DNA of 64,000 nt, from positions 30,850,630-30,914,629 of the forward strand of contig NC_081374.1 in the NCBI RefSeq assembly GCF_030684315.1, written 5' to 3'. Below the pieces are notes generated by a model. That model was not told where the DNA came from. It searched no databases and saw nothing but the letters and a program-made list of their open reading frames with translations. A program made the translations under genes and the position numbers. The stretch comes from Stegostoma tigrinum. Taxonomy: Eukaryota. Below, piece after piece: positions 11,956-24,499 of this stretch (its first letter is position 1; every line of letters begins with the position of its first letter).

Positions 11956-12699
11956 CAGCTTTTTGCATATCTGGGTTCCATGATGCCTCCTGTTCAGGGA
12001 TTAGCCGCAGTCCCTGCAGTAACCACTTCTGCCCACAGTGCTACTGGGAATAGAGTTGCCAGCCATTTGGCTGGCTGATAGCTGGGGTTCTTCCTCCGAT
12101 GGGGAATTGCTTCAATGGTCATAAAATGCAATGGGCTGAATTAATACCCATAACCATCAAAATATGGAGCACAGCAGACCAGCAGTTAGTGAGAAGAATT
12201 CTGGGTTATCTTTGAAAGCAAGAGTGGGGATCTGAACTTTACAATTAACAGAAATCCTTACAACTTAAGTTCTTCAGGGTTCAGTCTTATGACCAACTAT
12301 CTCGAATTGCTTCAACAATCCTTCCTTCAGCTTTTTGCATATCTGGGTTCCATGATGCCTCCTGTTCAGGGATTAGCCGCAGTCCCTGCAGTAACCACTT
12401 CTGCCCACAGTGCTACTGGGAATAGAGTTGCCAGCCATTTGGCTGGCTGATAGCTGGGGTTCTTCCTCCGATGGGGAATTGCTTCAATGGTCATAAAATG
12501 CAATGGGCTGAATTAATACCCATAACCATCAAAATATGGAGCACAGCAGACCAGCAGTTAGTGAGAAGAATTCTGGGTTATCTTTGAAAGCAAGAGTGGG
12601 GATCTGAACTTTACAATTAACAGAAATCCTTACAACTTAAGTTCTTCAGGGTTCAGTCTTATGACCAACTATCTCGAATTGCTTCAACAATCCTTCCTT
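11956..12699. repeat. Tandem duplication, 2 x 372 bp
   Basis: 11956-12327 repeated at 12328-12699, identical by eye; 2-bp CA microhomology at the junction. Confidence 0.93.
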
Positions 12700-13220
12700 C
12701 ATTTTAACATCAGACATGGGGGGATGTTTTCTGATGAATGCACAATATTCAGCAATATCTGTGACTCCTCAGATACTGAAGCAATGTGTCTATGTGCAGC
12801 AAGATTTGGATCTTATTTACCTTTAAACCAATAAGAAACAATTAATATTAGTGCATACAAGTGGCAGGAAGTAAGTATACATAGCACAAGAGAATCAAAC
12901 TAGCTCCATTTGAGGTTCAACGGTATTACTATCATTGAATCTTCCGTTAGCAACATCCTAGGGCTTACCATTAACCTGAATCTGAACTGAAAAAGCCATA
13001 AAAATACGGAGGCTACAATAGACAATCAGAGTCAGAGCATTTTGCACTAAATAAGTCATTTCCCAAACCCCCAAAACCAGTCCACTATCTAAAAGCCACA
13101 AGTTGGAGAAACGTAATGGAATGCTTTTCCATTTAATTAAGTAGTTGAATGTGGCTTCAAGCACATGCAAGAAGCTTGACACCATCCAAGGCATAGCTAT
13201 CTAGAAGGACAAGGGCAGCA
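12690..13220 (+). mobile_element. Decayed family B LINE RT fragment
   Basis: Similar to 8190-8820 (ctgatgaatgcacaatattcagc...aagcttgacaccatccaagg). Confidence 0.7.
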
Positions 13221-13387
13221 GCCTGTTACAATCACTGTTAATTCTTGCTATGAATATACTGGACAAGCAGATTTTTTTAATGATCAGCCATAACAGCCCA
13301 TAATCATTTAAAGATTTGAAAGCTTGTAAGTTACCAAGGGTAAGAAACTAACTGGCAGGATCCCATTGTTGAAGTGAAATGCCCGAG

Positions 13388-15950
13388 AAAAAGACATAGG
13401 AGCAGAATTAGACCATTTGGCTTGTTGAGTCTGTTCTGCCATTTGATCATGGCCATGTTTCTCAACCCCATTCGCCTGCTTTCTCCCCATAACCACTGAT
13501 TCCCTTACCAATCAAGACCCTAGCTATCGCTGGTTAAATACACACAATAACTTGGCCTCCATTGCCCTCTGCAGCAAATGAGTTCTACTGACTCACCACC
13601 CTGTAGCTAAAGAAATTCTTCCTTATCTCAAAAAAGCATCATCCCTCCAGGTCCAAGTCTCTCACACTCGTGAAAGCATTTTCTCCACACCCAATCTATC
13701 CAGGTTTCTCAGTATTCTGCAAGTTTCAATGAGATCCCCATTGAATACACACCTCAATTGTTATTCATATGATAAGCCCTTCAACTCCAGGAACATCCTT
13801 GCAAATCTTCTCTGGACCGTCTCCTACGCTAGCACATCCTTCTTTAGTTACAGTCCCAAAACTATTCATAATATTCTAAATGCAGTCCATCCAGGGCCTT
13901 ATACGGCCTCAACAGTACATTTGTGCTCTTTTATTCTAACCCCCTTGAAATGGATGCTAACATTGCACTTGCCTTCCTAACTGCTAATCGAACATGTATG
14001 TTAACATTAAGAGGATCCTGAACAAGACTTCCAAGTTCCTTTATGTTTCAGATGTCTGTAGCCTTTCTACATTTTAGAAAATAGTCTATGCTTCTAATTT
14101 TCCTACCAAAGTGCATAAACTCACACTTTCCCATATTGTATTCCATCTGCTACTTCTTTGCCCACTCTCCTAGACTGTCCTCCTTCTGCAATCACCTGTC
14201 TCCTAGCACTACCTGTCCCTTCATCTGCCATTGTTTCATCAACAAGCCTCAGTTCCTTCATCCACATCTCAAAACGACTCCTGCAGAACTCTACGAGTCA
14301 CCAACAGCCATCCTGATAAAGACCCCTTTCTCCCTACTCTGCTTTCTGCTAGTCAACCAAACCTCTATCTATGCCAGTATCTTGCCCCTGGCACCATGGT
14401 CTCTTATCTTATCCAGTACCTCCTGTGCAGCACCTTGTCAAAGGTCTTCTGTAAATCCATATAGGTCACTGGCTCTTGTTTGTCTGATTTGCTTGTTACC
14501 TCCCCAAAGAATTCAAACAGATTTATCAGGAATGTTCTGTACCCATCCACAACCCTTTGACAAAGCTGTGATAAGTCAGCCCCATTTTACCATGCACTTC
14601 CAACTGCTCTGCAATTTCATCCTTGATAACAGAATCTAAAAATCTTACCAATAACCAAGGTTAATCTAATGGGCCTATAAGTTTCTGCCTTCTGCATCCC
14701 TCCCTTCTTAAACAGGGTTGTTACATTAGCCATTTTCCAGTAATCCGGGACCCACCCTGACTCCAGTGATTCCTGCAAGATCACCACCAATGCATTTACA
14801 ATCTCCTCAGCTATCTCCTTCAGAACTGTGGGTGTAGTTCATCTGGTCTGGGTGATATGCCTACCTTCAGACCTTTCAGCTCTCCCAATACCTTCTCCTC
14901 AATGACAGCCACTACACTCAGTTCTGCCCTTAATTCTCTTCAAGCTCCGGTATGCTGCTGGTGTGAAATCTGATAAAATGTATCCATTCAGTTCCTCTGC
15001 TGTTTCTTTGTTCCACATTACTACTTCTCCAGTCTCATGTTTATATATAAAGCTTGCAATCTTCTTTTACACTACTGGCTACCTTACTATCAAATTTCAC
15101 CTTCTCCCCCTTTCTTTTTGCTTTTTCGATTATCCTCTGCTGATTTTTAAAGGTTTACCAATGTTTTGGCTTCCCACTAAACTCGACCATATCAATGTTT
15201 TTTTCGAGATAACAAAGTGTGGAGCTGGATGAACACAGCAGGCCAAGCAGCATCTTAGGAGCACAAGATGCTGCTTGGCCTGCTGTGTCATTCCAGCTCC
15301 ACACTTTGTTATCTCGGATTCTCCAGCACCTGCAGTTCCCATTATCTCGGATATTTTTCCTTTGCTTTTATGCTGTCCGTGGCTTACCTTGTCAGCCGTG
15401 GTTGCCTAATCCTCCTTTTAAAATGTTTTGTCTTCTTCGGGACAAATTTCTGCTGTATTGCCCCAATGACCCACAGCAACTCCTGCTGTTGCTGCTCTGC
15501 AGTCTTCATTGTTCGGTTCTCCTGCCAATCACCTCTGGCCAGCGCCACCCCCATGTCTTTGCAGTTACCTTTACTCAGTTGTAATACCATTACACCTGAT
15601 TCAAGCTTCTCCGTCTCAAACTACAGGGTGAATGCTATCATTTTTTTTTCACTGTCTCCTCGGGATTCATTCACCCTAAGCTCCCTCACCAAATCTTCCT
15701 CAGTTTACTTCACTCAACTCAGAACTGCCTGTTCCCTAACAGACTCTACCATAGTCAGCTCCAAAAAAAACCATCCTGAAAACATTCCACAAATTCCTTT
15801 TCTTGGGTTCCACTACCAAACTAATCTTCTCAGCCAATCTGCATATTGAAGTTCCCCAGGATGAGTATAACAGTGGCACCTACCAAAGAAATTTCCAGCC
15901 TTCTTCCCATCAACACCCCAAAGGACAGTCTGATCCAATTTTCCATGATC
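13388..15950 (-). mobile_element. Decayed CR1 (HER1-like) LINE with internal deletions
   Basis: Reverse-strand CR1 tail (acataggagcagaattagaccatt) followed by RT and EN relics similar to 30760-34015. Confidence 0.8.
15205..15348 (+). mobile_element. PLE mini fold-back inside CR1
   Basis: ~55-bp inverted arms, short loop, tail ending ATTATCTC; TSD not clear. Confidence 0.85.
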
Positions 15951-16197
15951 TCCGAAACCTTCTTCCTTTCTCTCATCACCTTCCCTTTGTAATGATAGGC
16001 GTAGGTGGGATAGCATCTCTTTCACCTCCACATTTGTCATTATCCAAGATCCTTATACTTTTTCTACATGAAATAGCAACTTACTTACTTTAAATTTTCC
16101 TCAGTCATTCAATTCTTATTGACTGTTCATGAAGCAGTCTCCTTTACACCAAGCAGGTCAAATACAAATTGGGTGATGGGCTTACTGTAGATTTCAA

Positions 16198-16252
16198 GAT
16201 ATTTTATCTTGGATTTTTATCTTGGATTCTACAGCATCTGCAGTTTCCATTA
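16198..16252 (+). mobile_element. PLE tail-only micro-insertion
   Basis: 55 nt of PLE tail flanked by 16-bp TSD TTACTGTAGATTTCAA at 16182-16197 and 16253-16268. Confidence 0.8.
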
Positions 16253-16321
16253 TTACTGTAGATTTCAATTCAGTTTGTAGCTATGATCCTGAGCTTGTGG
16301 CTGCCTGTCATTTGAATTCTC

Positions 16322-16606
16322 AAACCCCAAGCCGCACCCCCAGCTACCTACTAACCTCATCCCACCTCCTTGACCTGTCCGTCTTCCCTGGACTGACCTA
16401 TCCCCTCCCTACCTCCCCACCTACACTCTCTCCACCTATCTTCTTTACTCTCCATCTTCGGTCCGCCTCCCCCTCTCTCCCTATTTATTCCAGTTCCCTC
16501 CCCCCATCCCCCTCTCTGATGAAGGGTCTAGGCCCGAAACGTCAGCTTTTGTGCTCCTGAGATGCTGCTTGGCCTGCTGTGTTCATCCAGCCTCACATTT
16601 TATTAT
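16322..16606 (+). mobile_element. Young Neptune PLE 3' UTR/pLTR fragment without tail; HHR motif at 16516-16543
   Basis: Near-identical to 50136-50415; TSD ATTTGAATTCTC at 16310-16321 and 16607-16618. Confidence 0.9.
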
Positions 16607-16806
16607 ATTTGAATTCTCTGTTGCATTTTCTGTCTATACTTAGCTTCCAACACTGTTTCAATAAAACAAGAAAAAATAGCATGCCATCTTTTGATAAGGC
16701 ACTTTACAATCTTCTGGGGCCAACAATGAGTTCTGCAATTTAAGATTATAATTCTTGCCTTTTTTTTCTCAGAATGAGGTGCTAATTGCAGTAACAATAA
16801 GCTAAA

Positions 16807-17122
16807 GGGCAACACGGTGGCTCAGTGGTTAGCACTGCAGCCTCACAGCACCAGGGACCTGGGTTCAATTCCAGCCTTAGGCAACTGTCTGTGCGGAGTT
16901 TGCACATTCTCCTCGTGTCTGCATGGGTTTCCTCTGGGTGCTCCAGTTTCCTCCTGCAATCCAAAAATGTGCGGTCTAGGTAGATTGGCCATGCTAAATT
17001 GCCCATAGTGTTCAGGGGTGTGTGGGTTATAGGGGGATGGATCTGGGTGGGATGCTGCAAGGGGCGGTGTGGACTTGTTGGGATGAAGAGCCTATTTCCA
17101 CATTGTAGGGAATGTAATCTAA
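16807..17122 (+). mobile_element. HE1-like V-SINE, full length
   Basis: A box tggctcagtggttagc, B box ggttcaattcc, V-domain-like core, CR1-like tail. Confidence 0.9.
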
Positions 17123-18044
17123 AGTATTAGAAATGCATTGAGTTTTTCTCTTCTATTCCCAGTATGCTTACATTTAAGAATTATCCCGCATTTAAATGCT
17201 TCTTCTATTTCTTCATTCTCAACTGCTCTGCGATATCATCGGAATATTTAGACTATACCTGGTGCCACTTTCACTGTTGAAGTTACAACTGATGTGGAAA
17301 TTGAAGTTGCATTGATGTATTGTAGCATTTATTCAGCAGTTTGATAGCATTCTAAATCTGCAACAGTGTAATAAAATTACCCTTTTGGGGTCAGCAGGAA
17401 TTGTACATCATCCATATCAAACAGTTTTTAAATCATGTCACTAAAAATGCTACCTGAAAGGGGAGTGCAGACCAATAGGATATTTCCATTTTAAGTTCAT
17501 CACTGAAAACAACTTGCAGACTCTTCAATGTTGAACATTAAACTCATGTAACTTGCAAGAGGTTCTGTGATTATACAGAAATATGGGCATTACTTCAGCT
17601 TCTAATTCGGATTTCTGTTTATCTGAGTAAGCCTCTGAAACAGTGATATCAGCAAAGCCGTTTTATTCTGGCCACCCTATTGTCCTTAAATCATTTGACT
17701 CCATTCTGAAATAGATCTACAGATGTTAGATGATGAGCACAATTTTCAGGTATGGATGTTTTTCACAAGTAACCCTCGCTTTGTGAGGACTACTTACTGA
17801 TAGAATGCAAAGCAGCAGAGCTCAAATCATTCCTGTTCTGACATTGACACCAGTGTACTTCTGACTAAAGTCCATTTATCCGGAGATCACAAGTGAAAAT
17901 CTTGTTGATTTACTTTTAATATTCTTCTTCCTCATTTTTGCGAGAAGATGTAAGCCAAAGTCAAGATTCCTGACTGGCATTTTGTCAAACTGTAGAAGCA
18001 AAGCAGGAATTTCTAGATGTAAATGTCTCAAATGTTTTAAAATC

Positions 18045-18545
18045 ATTTTTTTTGCAGGATGAGGGCATCGTTGGCAATGCCAGCAATTATCTCTAATTGC
18101 CCAGAGGGCAGTTAAGAGTCAACCACATTGGTGTAGGTCTGGAGTCACATGTAGGCCAGACCAGGTAAGGATGGCATTTTCCTTTCCGAAAGGAGATAAT
18201 AAAGGCTGCAGATGCTGGAAGCCTGAGCCGAGAGGTGTTCTGAAGGTGTATAGTCCTGATGAAGGGATTTGGCCTGAAACTTTGACTTACTTGCTCCTTG
18301 GATGCTTTCTGGCCTGCTGTGCTTTTCCAGCCTCACACCTGTAGACTCTCCTGAAGGACCTTAGTGAACTGGATTGGTTTTCCTGACAATTGACAATGGA
18401 TTCATTAATAGAGACTGTTAATTCCAGATTTTCATTGAATTCAAATTCCACCATTTGCTGTGGCAGGGTTTGAATCCATTTCCCCAAAATCTTACCTATG
18501 GTCTCTGGATTAACAGTCCAGCAATTGTACTATTAGGCAGTAGCC
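18045..18545 (-). mobile_element. tRNA-derived SINE family B, interrupted by a PLE fragment
   Basis: Reverse complement matches 40912-41245; tail resembles the family B LINE tail. Confidence 0.75.
18193..18349. mobile_element. PLE micro-insertion: inverted tail plus direct pLTR with HHR-like core
   Basis: gagataataaaggctgcagatgctgg (inverted tail), then ctgatgaagggatttggcctgaaact; decayed TSD tcc(t)gaa(a)gga. Confidence 0.65.
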
Positions 18546-18555
18546 TCCTATACTT

Positions 18556-19102
18556 GTTGTGGTTGCTTCATTCACCAAGCTGGTTCGTTAGTTTGCAGAC
18601 GTTTCATTACCTTCTGGGTAGCATCATCAGTGCAGCCTCCGATGAAATGTTGTTGAATTTTCCTGCCTGGTGTTTAAACTCTGAGGTCAGTTGGATTTGA
18701 TTACCTAATTTCCAGTTTTCCTTCGCAGTGGTGTATATATTGGGTCTAATTCCATATGTTTATTGATGGCCTTCTTGGTGGAGAACGAAGCTTCTAGAAA
18801 TTTCCATGCTTGTCTCTGTTTGGCCTGTCCTTGGATCCACCAAGAAGACCATCAATAAACACATAGAATTAGGACCTATATATATATACCACTGTGAAGA
18901 AAAACCAGAAATGAGGTAATCAACTCCAACGGACCCCAGAGTTTAAATACCACATGGGAAAATGCAACATCACTTTATCAGAGGCTAACTGATGATGTTA
19001 CCCAGAAGGGTAAGGAAACGTCTGCAGAACAACAAATCAGCTCGGCGAGCCAACTAACCACTGCATTCACAATCTGAGCTACAAATCTACTGAAGAACCT
19101 TA
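18556..19102. mobile_element. Older Poseidon-type PLE fold-back; HHR motif at 18989-19022
   Basis: Inverted arms covering the GIY-YIG end and pLTR, homologous to 51280-51610; tail on the right arm only; decayed TSD ..cct(a)tacttg. Confidence 0.82.
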
Positions 19103-20208
19103 GAGCTCCCCTACTTGCTTTATAAACTTGCTGACCAATGAATGGAAATGAACCAAATGATGAAGCATTCTCACAGGTGGAATAGAACGGCTAGATTTCA
19201 GATGATATGCACTGTTGAGATCAAATCATTAAGATTACAGATTTTGTTTCCACCATTACAGTTTGTTAACATAGTCTGTGCTGTCAAACAAAGTCAGTCC
19301 AGTGCAGAGCCATGTGCCATTGATCTTCTTCACACATATGTCAAAGCCACTGTCATAAGTCCACACTCTTCTGAGTGAATATTAATTGACTGTAGCTAAT
19401 TCAACTTCATACAGAATATGTTAAGAGAGGATATTGAGGATACCCTACTGACCCAAGCTCCAGTTCCATATGATCTGATATCATTATGACACAGCTCCTT
19501 TTGCTCATGCTTAATAGCAAAACTTGGACTAAAGTTGTAATACCTAAGACACTTACTGGGTGCTTAACTTAAGTATCTTCTAAAATGAACATTATTAGGA
19601 AACACAGTAATTATTTGATCTCAACAGTGCAGACCATCTGTAGTCTGGCAATTCCATTTCACCAGCAGAGAATCCTTCATCATTTGGTTCATTACATCCA
19701 AAGGTTACCACATGTGCATGATTACTCTGGGAACCATTGTAACATGATCTGTTTAGACATGCAGAAAACCTTTGTGGTTCAGGAGAGCACCAGGCTGAAG
19801 AGCGGACCATCACCCATCCATTCCTAAGGTGCTTATTTCAGGGCATCCATCCAAAACATAAGCTGTCTGTAATGAAGTCAATGTTTATGTTTATGATATA
19901 CAATTAAATTCATCTTTAACAATAATAGTAATGTTTCCAACTTGCATTAAAAGGTTAAGTGAAGAGCACAGAAACCAGATGAACTCCCACTCCTAACTGA
20001 AAGGGTGACACATGTAAGCCAACTATGTCCATATCTATGAGTGTAAAATAAATACCCATGCCATTTACATTCAGGTCTTTTTTAGTGTAAAAATATATCT
20101 TTTGGAATATTAAAGCTTTGATCTTGTCAGAACATTAAAAAATAAAATTTTCTGTTTACTTTTTGCATTTTTTGAGTTTCATCAGAAACAGGAGAATTCT
20201 TTTCAGTA

Positions 20209-20384
20209 GAGATTACAAGGTGTAGAGTTGGGTGAACACAGCAGGCCAAGCAGCATCAGAGGAGCAGGAAAGCTGATGTTTCGGGAGCCTTCCTGCTCCT
20301 CTGATGCTACTTGGCCTGTTGCGTTCACCCAACTCTACACCTTGTAATCTCAGATTCTCCAGCATTTGCAATTCCTACTATCTC
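20209..20384 (+). mobile_element. PLE mini fold-back
   Basis: ~65-bp inverted arms plus tail; TSD GAAT(T/A)CTTTTCA(G/C)TA at 20194-20208 and 20386-20400. Confidence 0.88.
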
Positions 20385-20889
20385 TGAATACTTTTCACTA
20401 ATTGTTTTGTGCCTAATTTTATTGAAAGAAGTTTAATTATTATTTGTTTAATACAGTCAATTCACTTTTCCATTGTTTTCAATGTGTCAAAAGAACAATA
20501 ACTGCATTTATACGGTTTAAAGTAATTGGAAGAAAACTGAGGGGATTAGTTGACTTCTAGTTTCAGATTATGTGATCTCTAGACATATGAACTTAAAATT
20601 GGGATGCTTTATTTAGAAGAAAAATCTTGCATTTTCAAATAGGTTAATGCATTCTTCTTGAGGCTTATAAGGCTTCACAACCAATGAATTAATTTGAAGT
20701 GGTGTCACCTCCTTTATTTCAGGAAGGTTACATGTTTGTTTTAATTATATTCTTCTATTAAATAGAAAGAATATTACACATTTCACATATGCTGCTCTGC
20801 TACACAGGACCTTGTAACATTAGAGGCAAAAGGACTGTATTGCTTTTGGATGTAATGTTATGAGACCATTCTTTTAACATTACAAATGA

Positions 20890-21360
20890 ATGTAATAGGA
20901 ACTGCAGAGTGAGGGTGTTGTACTGAAATGAATGCAAGCACAGGTTGTAGCACAGCTTGAAATTGGCAGGTATGCTGTTGTGGGCATCACAGAAACCTGG
21001 TTACAAGGCGATCAGGTCTGGGGCTAAATATCTAAGGATACACATCCTATTGCAAGGATAGACAAATGAGCAGGCAGGGCAAGGTTGCCTTATTAGTATG
21101 AAATGAAATTAGCAAGTGGCATGGTGGTTCAGTAGCTAGCACTGCTGCCTCACAGTGCCTGGGCCACAATTAAGTTTTATAATATAGATGGATAGCAAGA
21201 AGTGATATAATGTCGGAAGGTGTAGAATCTGTGTGGATTGAGTTTTAAAAAAAGCTGCAAAGAAGGAAAGATTTTGATGGGAATTGTATGTGAGCCTCCT
21301 AGTAATGGTTAGGACATGGGGAAGAAAATAAATCAGGAAACAGAAAAGGCATGCGTAAGA
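20890..21360 (+). mobile_element. CR1 endonuclease-region relic with a SINE head fragment at ~21116-21165
   Basis: gttgtgggcatcacagaaacctggttacaagg (VVGITETWLQ) and GIVxxPPS-like motif. Confidence 0.7.
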
Positions 21361-21361
21361 A

Positions 21362-21680
21362 AGAATTTCATAGATTCCCTACAGCATGGAAACAGGCACT
21401 TTGGCTCAACTAGTCCACACTGACCCTTGGAGCATCCCACCCAGGCCCAGCCCCTATATAACATACACACCCCTGAACACTACAGGCAATTTAGAACAGC
21501 CAATCCACCTAACCTGCACATCTTTGGACTGTGGGAAGAAACCAGAGCACCCAGAGGAAACCCACACAAACACAGGGAGAATATGCAAACTCCTCACAGA
21601 GGACAACCTGAAGATGGAATTGAACCCAGATCCCTAGTACTGTGAGGCAGCAGTGCTAACCACTGAACCATCATGCCACC
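21362..21680 (-). mobile_element. HE1-like V-SINE
   Basis: Reverse complement of the family at 16807 and 42474. Confidence 0.85.
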
Positions 21681-23601
21681 AAGGTAAACAATTGAGTGTT
21701 AGGCTCCAATTAATAAGATCAGGGATTGGTGATGAGAGAAAGGGAGAAGATTTTGGAGATCACGGAAATGTGGATAAGACTGTCATTTTGGATGTTGATG
21801 TGAATAATACCAGCGATTTCTTTGGTGAGTGGCATTGTGCTGATGATAGTAATAATGGCAGAAGATCATGACTTTTGCCCAGTTTCAAAACGCACAGCAT
21901 TTGAAAATCTACCTTAACTTGCCTTGTAAGCACACCCTCAATATGATAATATATCAGGATTCAGTTTTGACTTGGATAATTAAAAGTTCGTGAATGAGTT
22001 TGTTTTATTTGTATAAATGATTTTGTTATCTAAAAATAAAAAGAGGGCAACTCGGGTTTTAATTTTCATGCCAAAAACAATCCACAAAAAACTGGACTAA
22101 GTGATAATTTCCACTTATGATACTTCTATCTTCTCCAATTGACATTGATTCCGCAGAAATTATCCTTGCAGGTTATGAGCTTAATAGTGTTTTGGAAATA
22201 ATTTGTTTATTTGTTTTTAGAAATTGTTGAAGGTACTGTCCTTATAGGGAAAATAGTTTTATATGCCTCTCACAAAACAGAGCTGGAATGGAGTGTAGCA
22301 ATTCCGCTACTTTCACCTTATGGTCTCATTTGTGACATTACTGCTCATTATTTTCTATTGCGTTGGCTCATAGTCACCCAGATAAGAGACCTGTTGAATA
22401 TCATGGTTAAGAAAGCAGAACTGATAAAGGCCATAGAATCACTGAGGAACTAACGACTACAGTAGTTAGATTCAACATAAAATTATAAAAGGGCAACTGA
22501 GAGATGTGGAAAAGGATGCTATATTTACTGTAATAAGAAGAACCTGATGCAAATTAACTGAGCAGAAAATTCAGCAAACGGGATAACAGACAACAGCAGT
22601 TAGAGGAATGTCATTAAGATTAGTGAAGTGCTCATTGCAAACCAAAATTATGAAGCTATTCATTGACCAAAGGCCCAAACAGGTAAAGGAACGAATAGTT
22701 CCTGGACTGTGAATATATCTAACAGACAGATATAGCAATTAGGATCTTATTGGGAGAGATGAGCAATAAATTATATCCCTGGCTCCAGTGTGGGAATTCT
22801 GGTAATGTTATTGTAACCTATTGTTTTCTTTATCTGCCACAGCTTGCGGGCATTTTTCATTCACTTCCCCGATCTTTCTTTTCTTTGTGATATTTTAGAG
22901 TATGGTTACAATTTATTTTGTTCCTTGAGTCATAATTTAAAGGTACCTCATTCAGTCCTTGAGTCTTCAGCATTACTGCAATACCCAGATTGCTTGCTTT
23001 GTGAGATCAGATGTTTCTCCATGTGCCTTGTTACATTGGTTTTGTCTTGTAGTAAGAGGTATTATCAGAATAAATTACATTATCTATATTTCAAGGGATC
23101 AGACCTCCTTTCTTCTTCTTTTAAAGGAGTAAGTGGCATTAGGATGCTTCATGTCATTTTCATAACAAACAGCCACCAACTTGCATCATTTTCCAGCTGC
23201 AATCATAAACCATTTGAAGAACAACACTGTTTTGGATGAGAATGTTGTACATTTGTTTATAAGCAGGAGAATGGCTCTATCCCATTTACATCTGGTGAGA
23301 TTTGATTCTTTCGAAAGGCTGTCTTGTATTCAAACTGCAACTCGCTTTACTGCAACAGCTGCTCACCGCTGTAGTGTGTTTAAGTGAATGTGTGGTGAAG
23401 TGGGCTTCATTATCAGTTTAATGGAGAGATTATTGTTTTAACTTATTAACTATCTTAAGACATCAAATTATCTTATTCCTGTGATTACCTCTGCATAATC
23501 CAAAAAGACATTAAGGTTGTGATGACTGTTTGGATTCTTGAGTCTCAATGATAACCTCTTCATGGTGAATCACTAACTAATCTACGTGAGGATCCTGTAT
23601 C

Positions 23602-23793
23602 AGAGATGATAGGAACTGCAGATGCTGCAGAATCCGAGATAACAAAGTGTGAAGCTGGATGAACACAGCAGGCCAAGCAGCATCATAGGAGCAGGGAGGC
23701 TGACATTTCGGGCTAGGCCCAAAATGTCAGCCTTCCTGCTCCTATGATGCTGCTTGGCCTCCTGTGTTCATCCAGCTCTACACCTTGTTACCT
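23602..23793 (-). mobile_element. PLE mini fold-back (tail on left)
   Basis: Inverted arms pivot at gggctaggccc (HHR stem II); decayed TSD aggatc(c/t)tgt. Confidence 0.85.
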
Positions 23794-24297
23794 AAGGATC
23801 TTGTTGAGTATGAGTCCTCTTGGTACCACCAATGGTCAACGTGGAGGAACTCATCACCTAAGCCCTTGAGAAAGCAGATCCAGTGCCCTTAACAGACTTC
23901 GAAGTAAGTAGCCAATTGGATACACAGATGATTTACTCGTGGTGGTTAATAAATGGAGAAAGAAAACTGTCACGGTGAGTTGGTGATGGGGAGAAAAAAC
24001 ATTCAGTTGTGTGTGAGAGAACTCTGGGATATAGAAAGAATAAAAAAATAAAGCAGACCTAGGGATGGGCCTAGGGAACACTCTGTCCTCATCTGGGACT
24101 AGCCTATGACAGCCACAAGTAATGGTTCTATTTTAGAATTCAACAATAAATGATATTCCTTTTATCTGGATTTCTTGATTATAGTATCCCTGGAGATTTC
24201 CATAGACTAAGAGGCAGATCTGATGCAAACTTCCTGCTTAGCATAATATCACCTTGCTTGACTATTCAATCCTTTTTAGAGTTGGCACACTCTAAAG

Positions 24298-24426
24298 AAA
24301 TTGAAGAAGGGTCCAAACCCAAAGCGTCAAGTTTTCCTGCTCCTCTGATGCTGCCTGGTCTGCTGTGTTCATCCAGCTCCACACCGTGTTATCTCAGACT
24401 CCGGCATTGGCAGTTCCTACTATCTC
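24298..24426 (+). mobile_element. Solo PLE pLTR plus tail, starting at a degenerate HHR
   Basis: tgaagaagggtccaaacccaaagcgtc...cagttcctactatctc. Confidence 0.75.
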
Positions 24427-24499
24427 TGAGTAAGACATTGAAATGTGTAGAAAGTACAGGACAGTAATAAGCCACTCAGCCCAAAAACTTCATGCTGAA

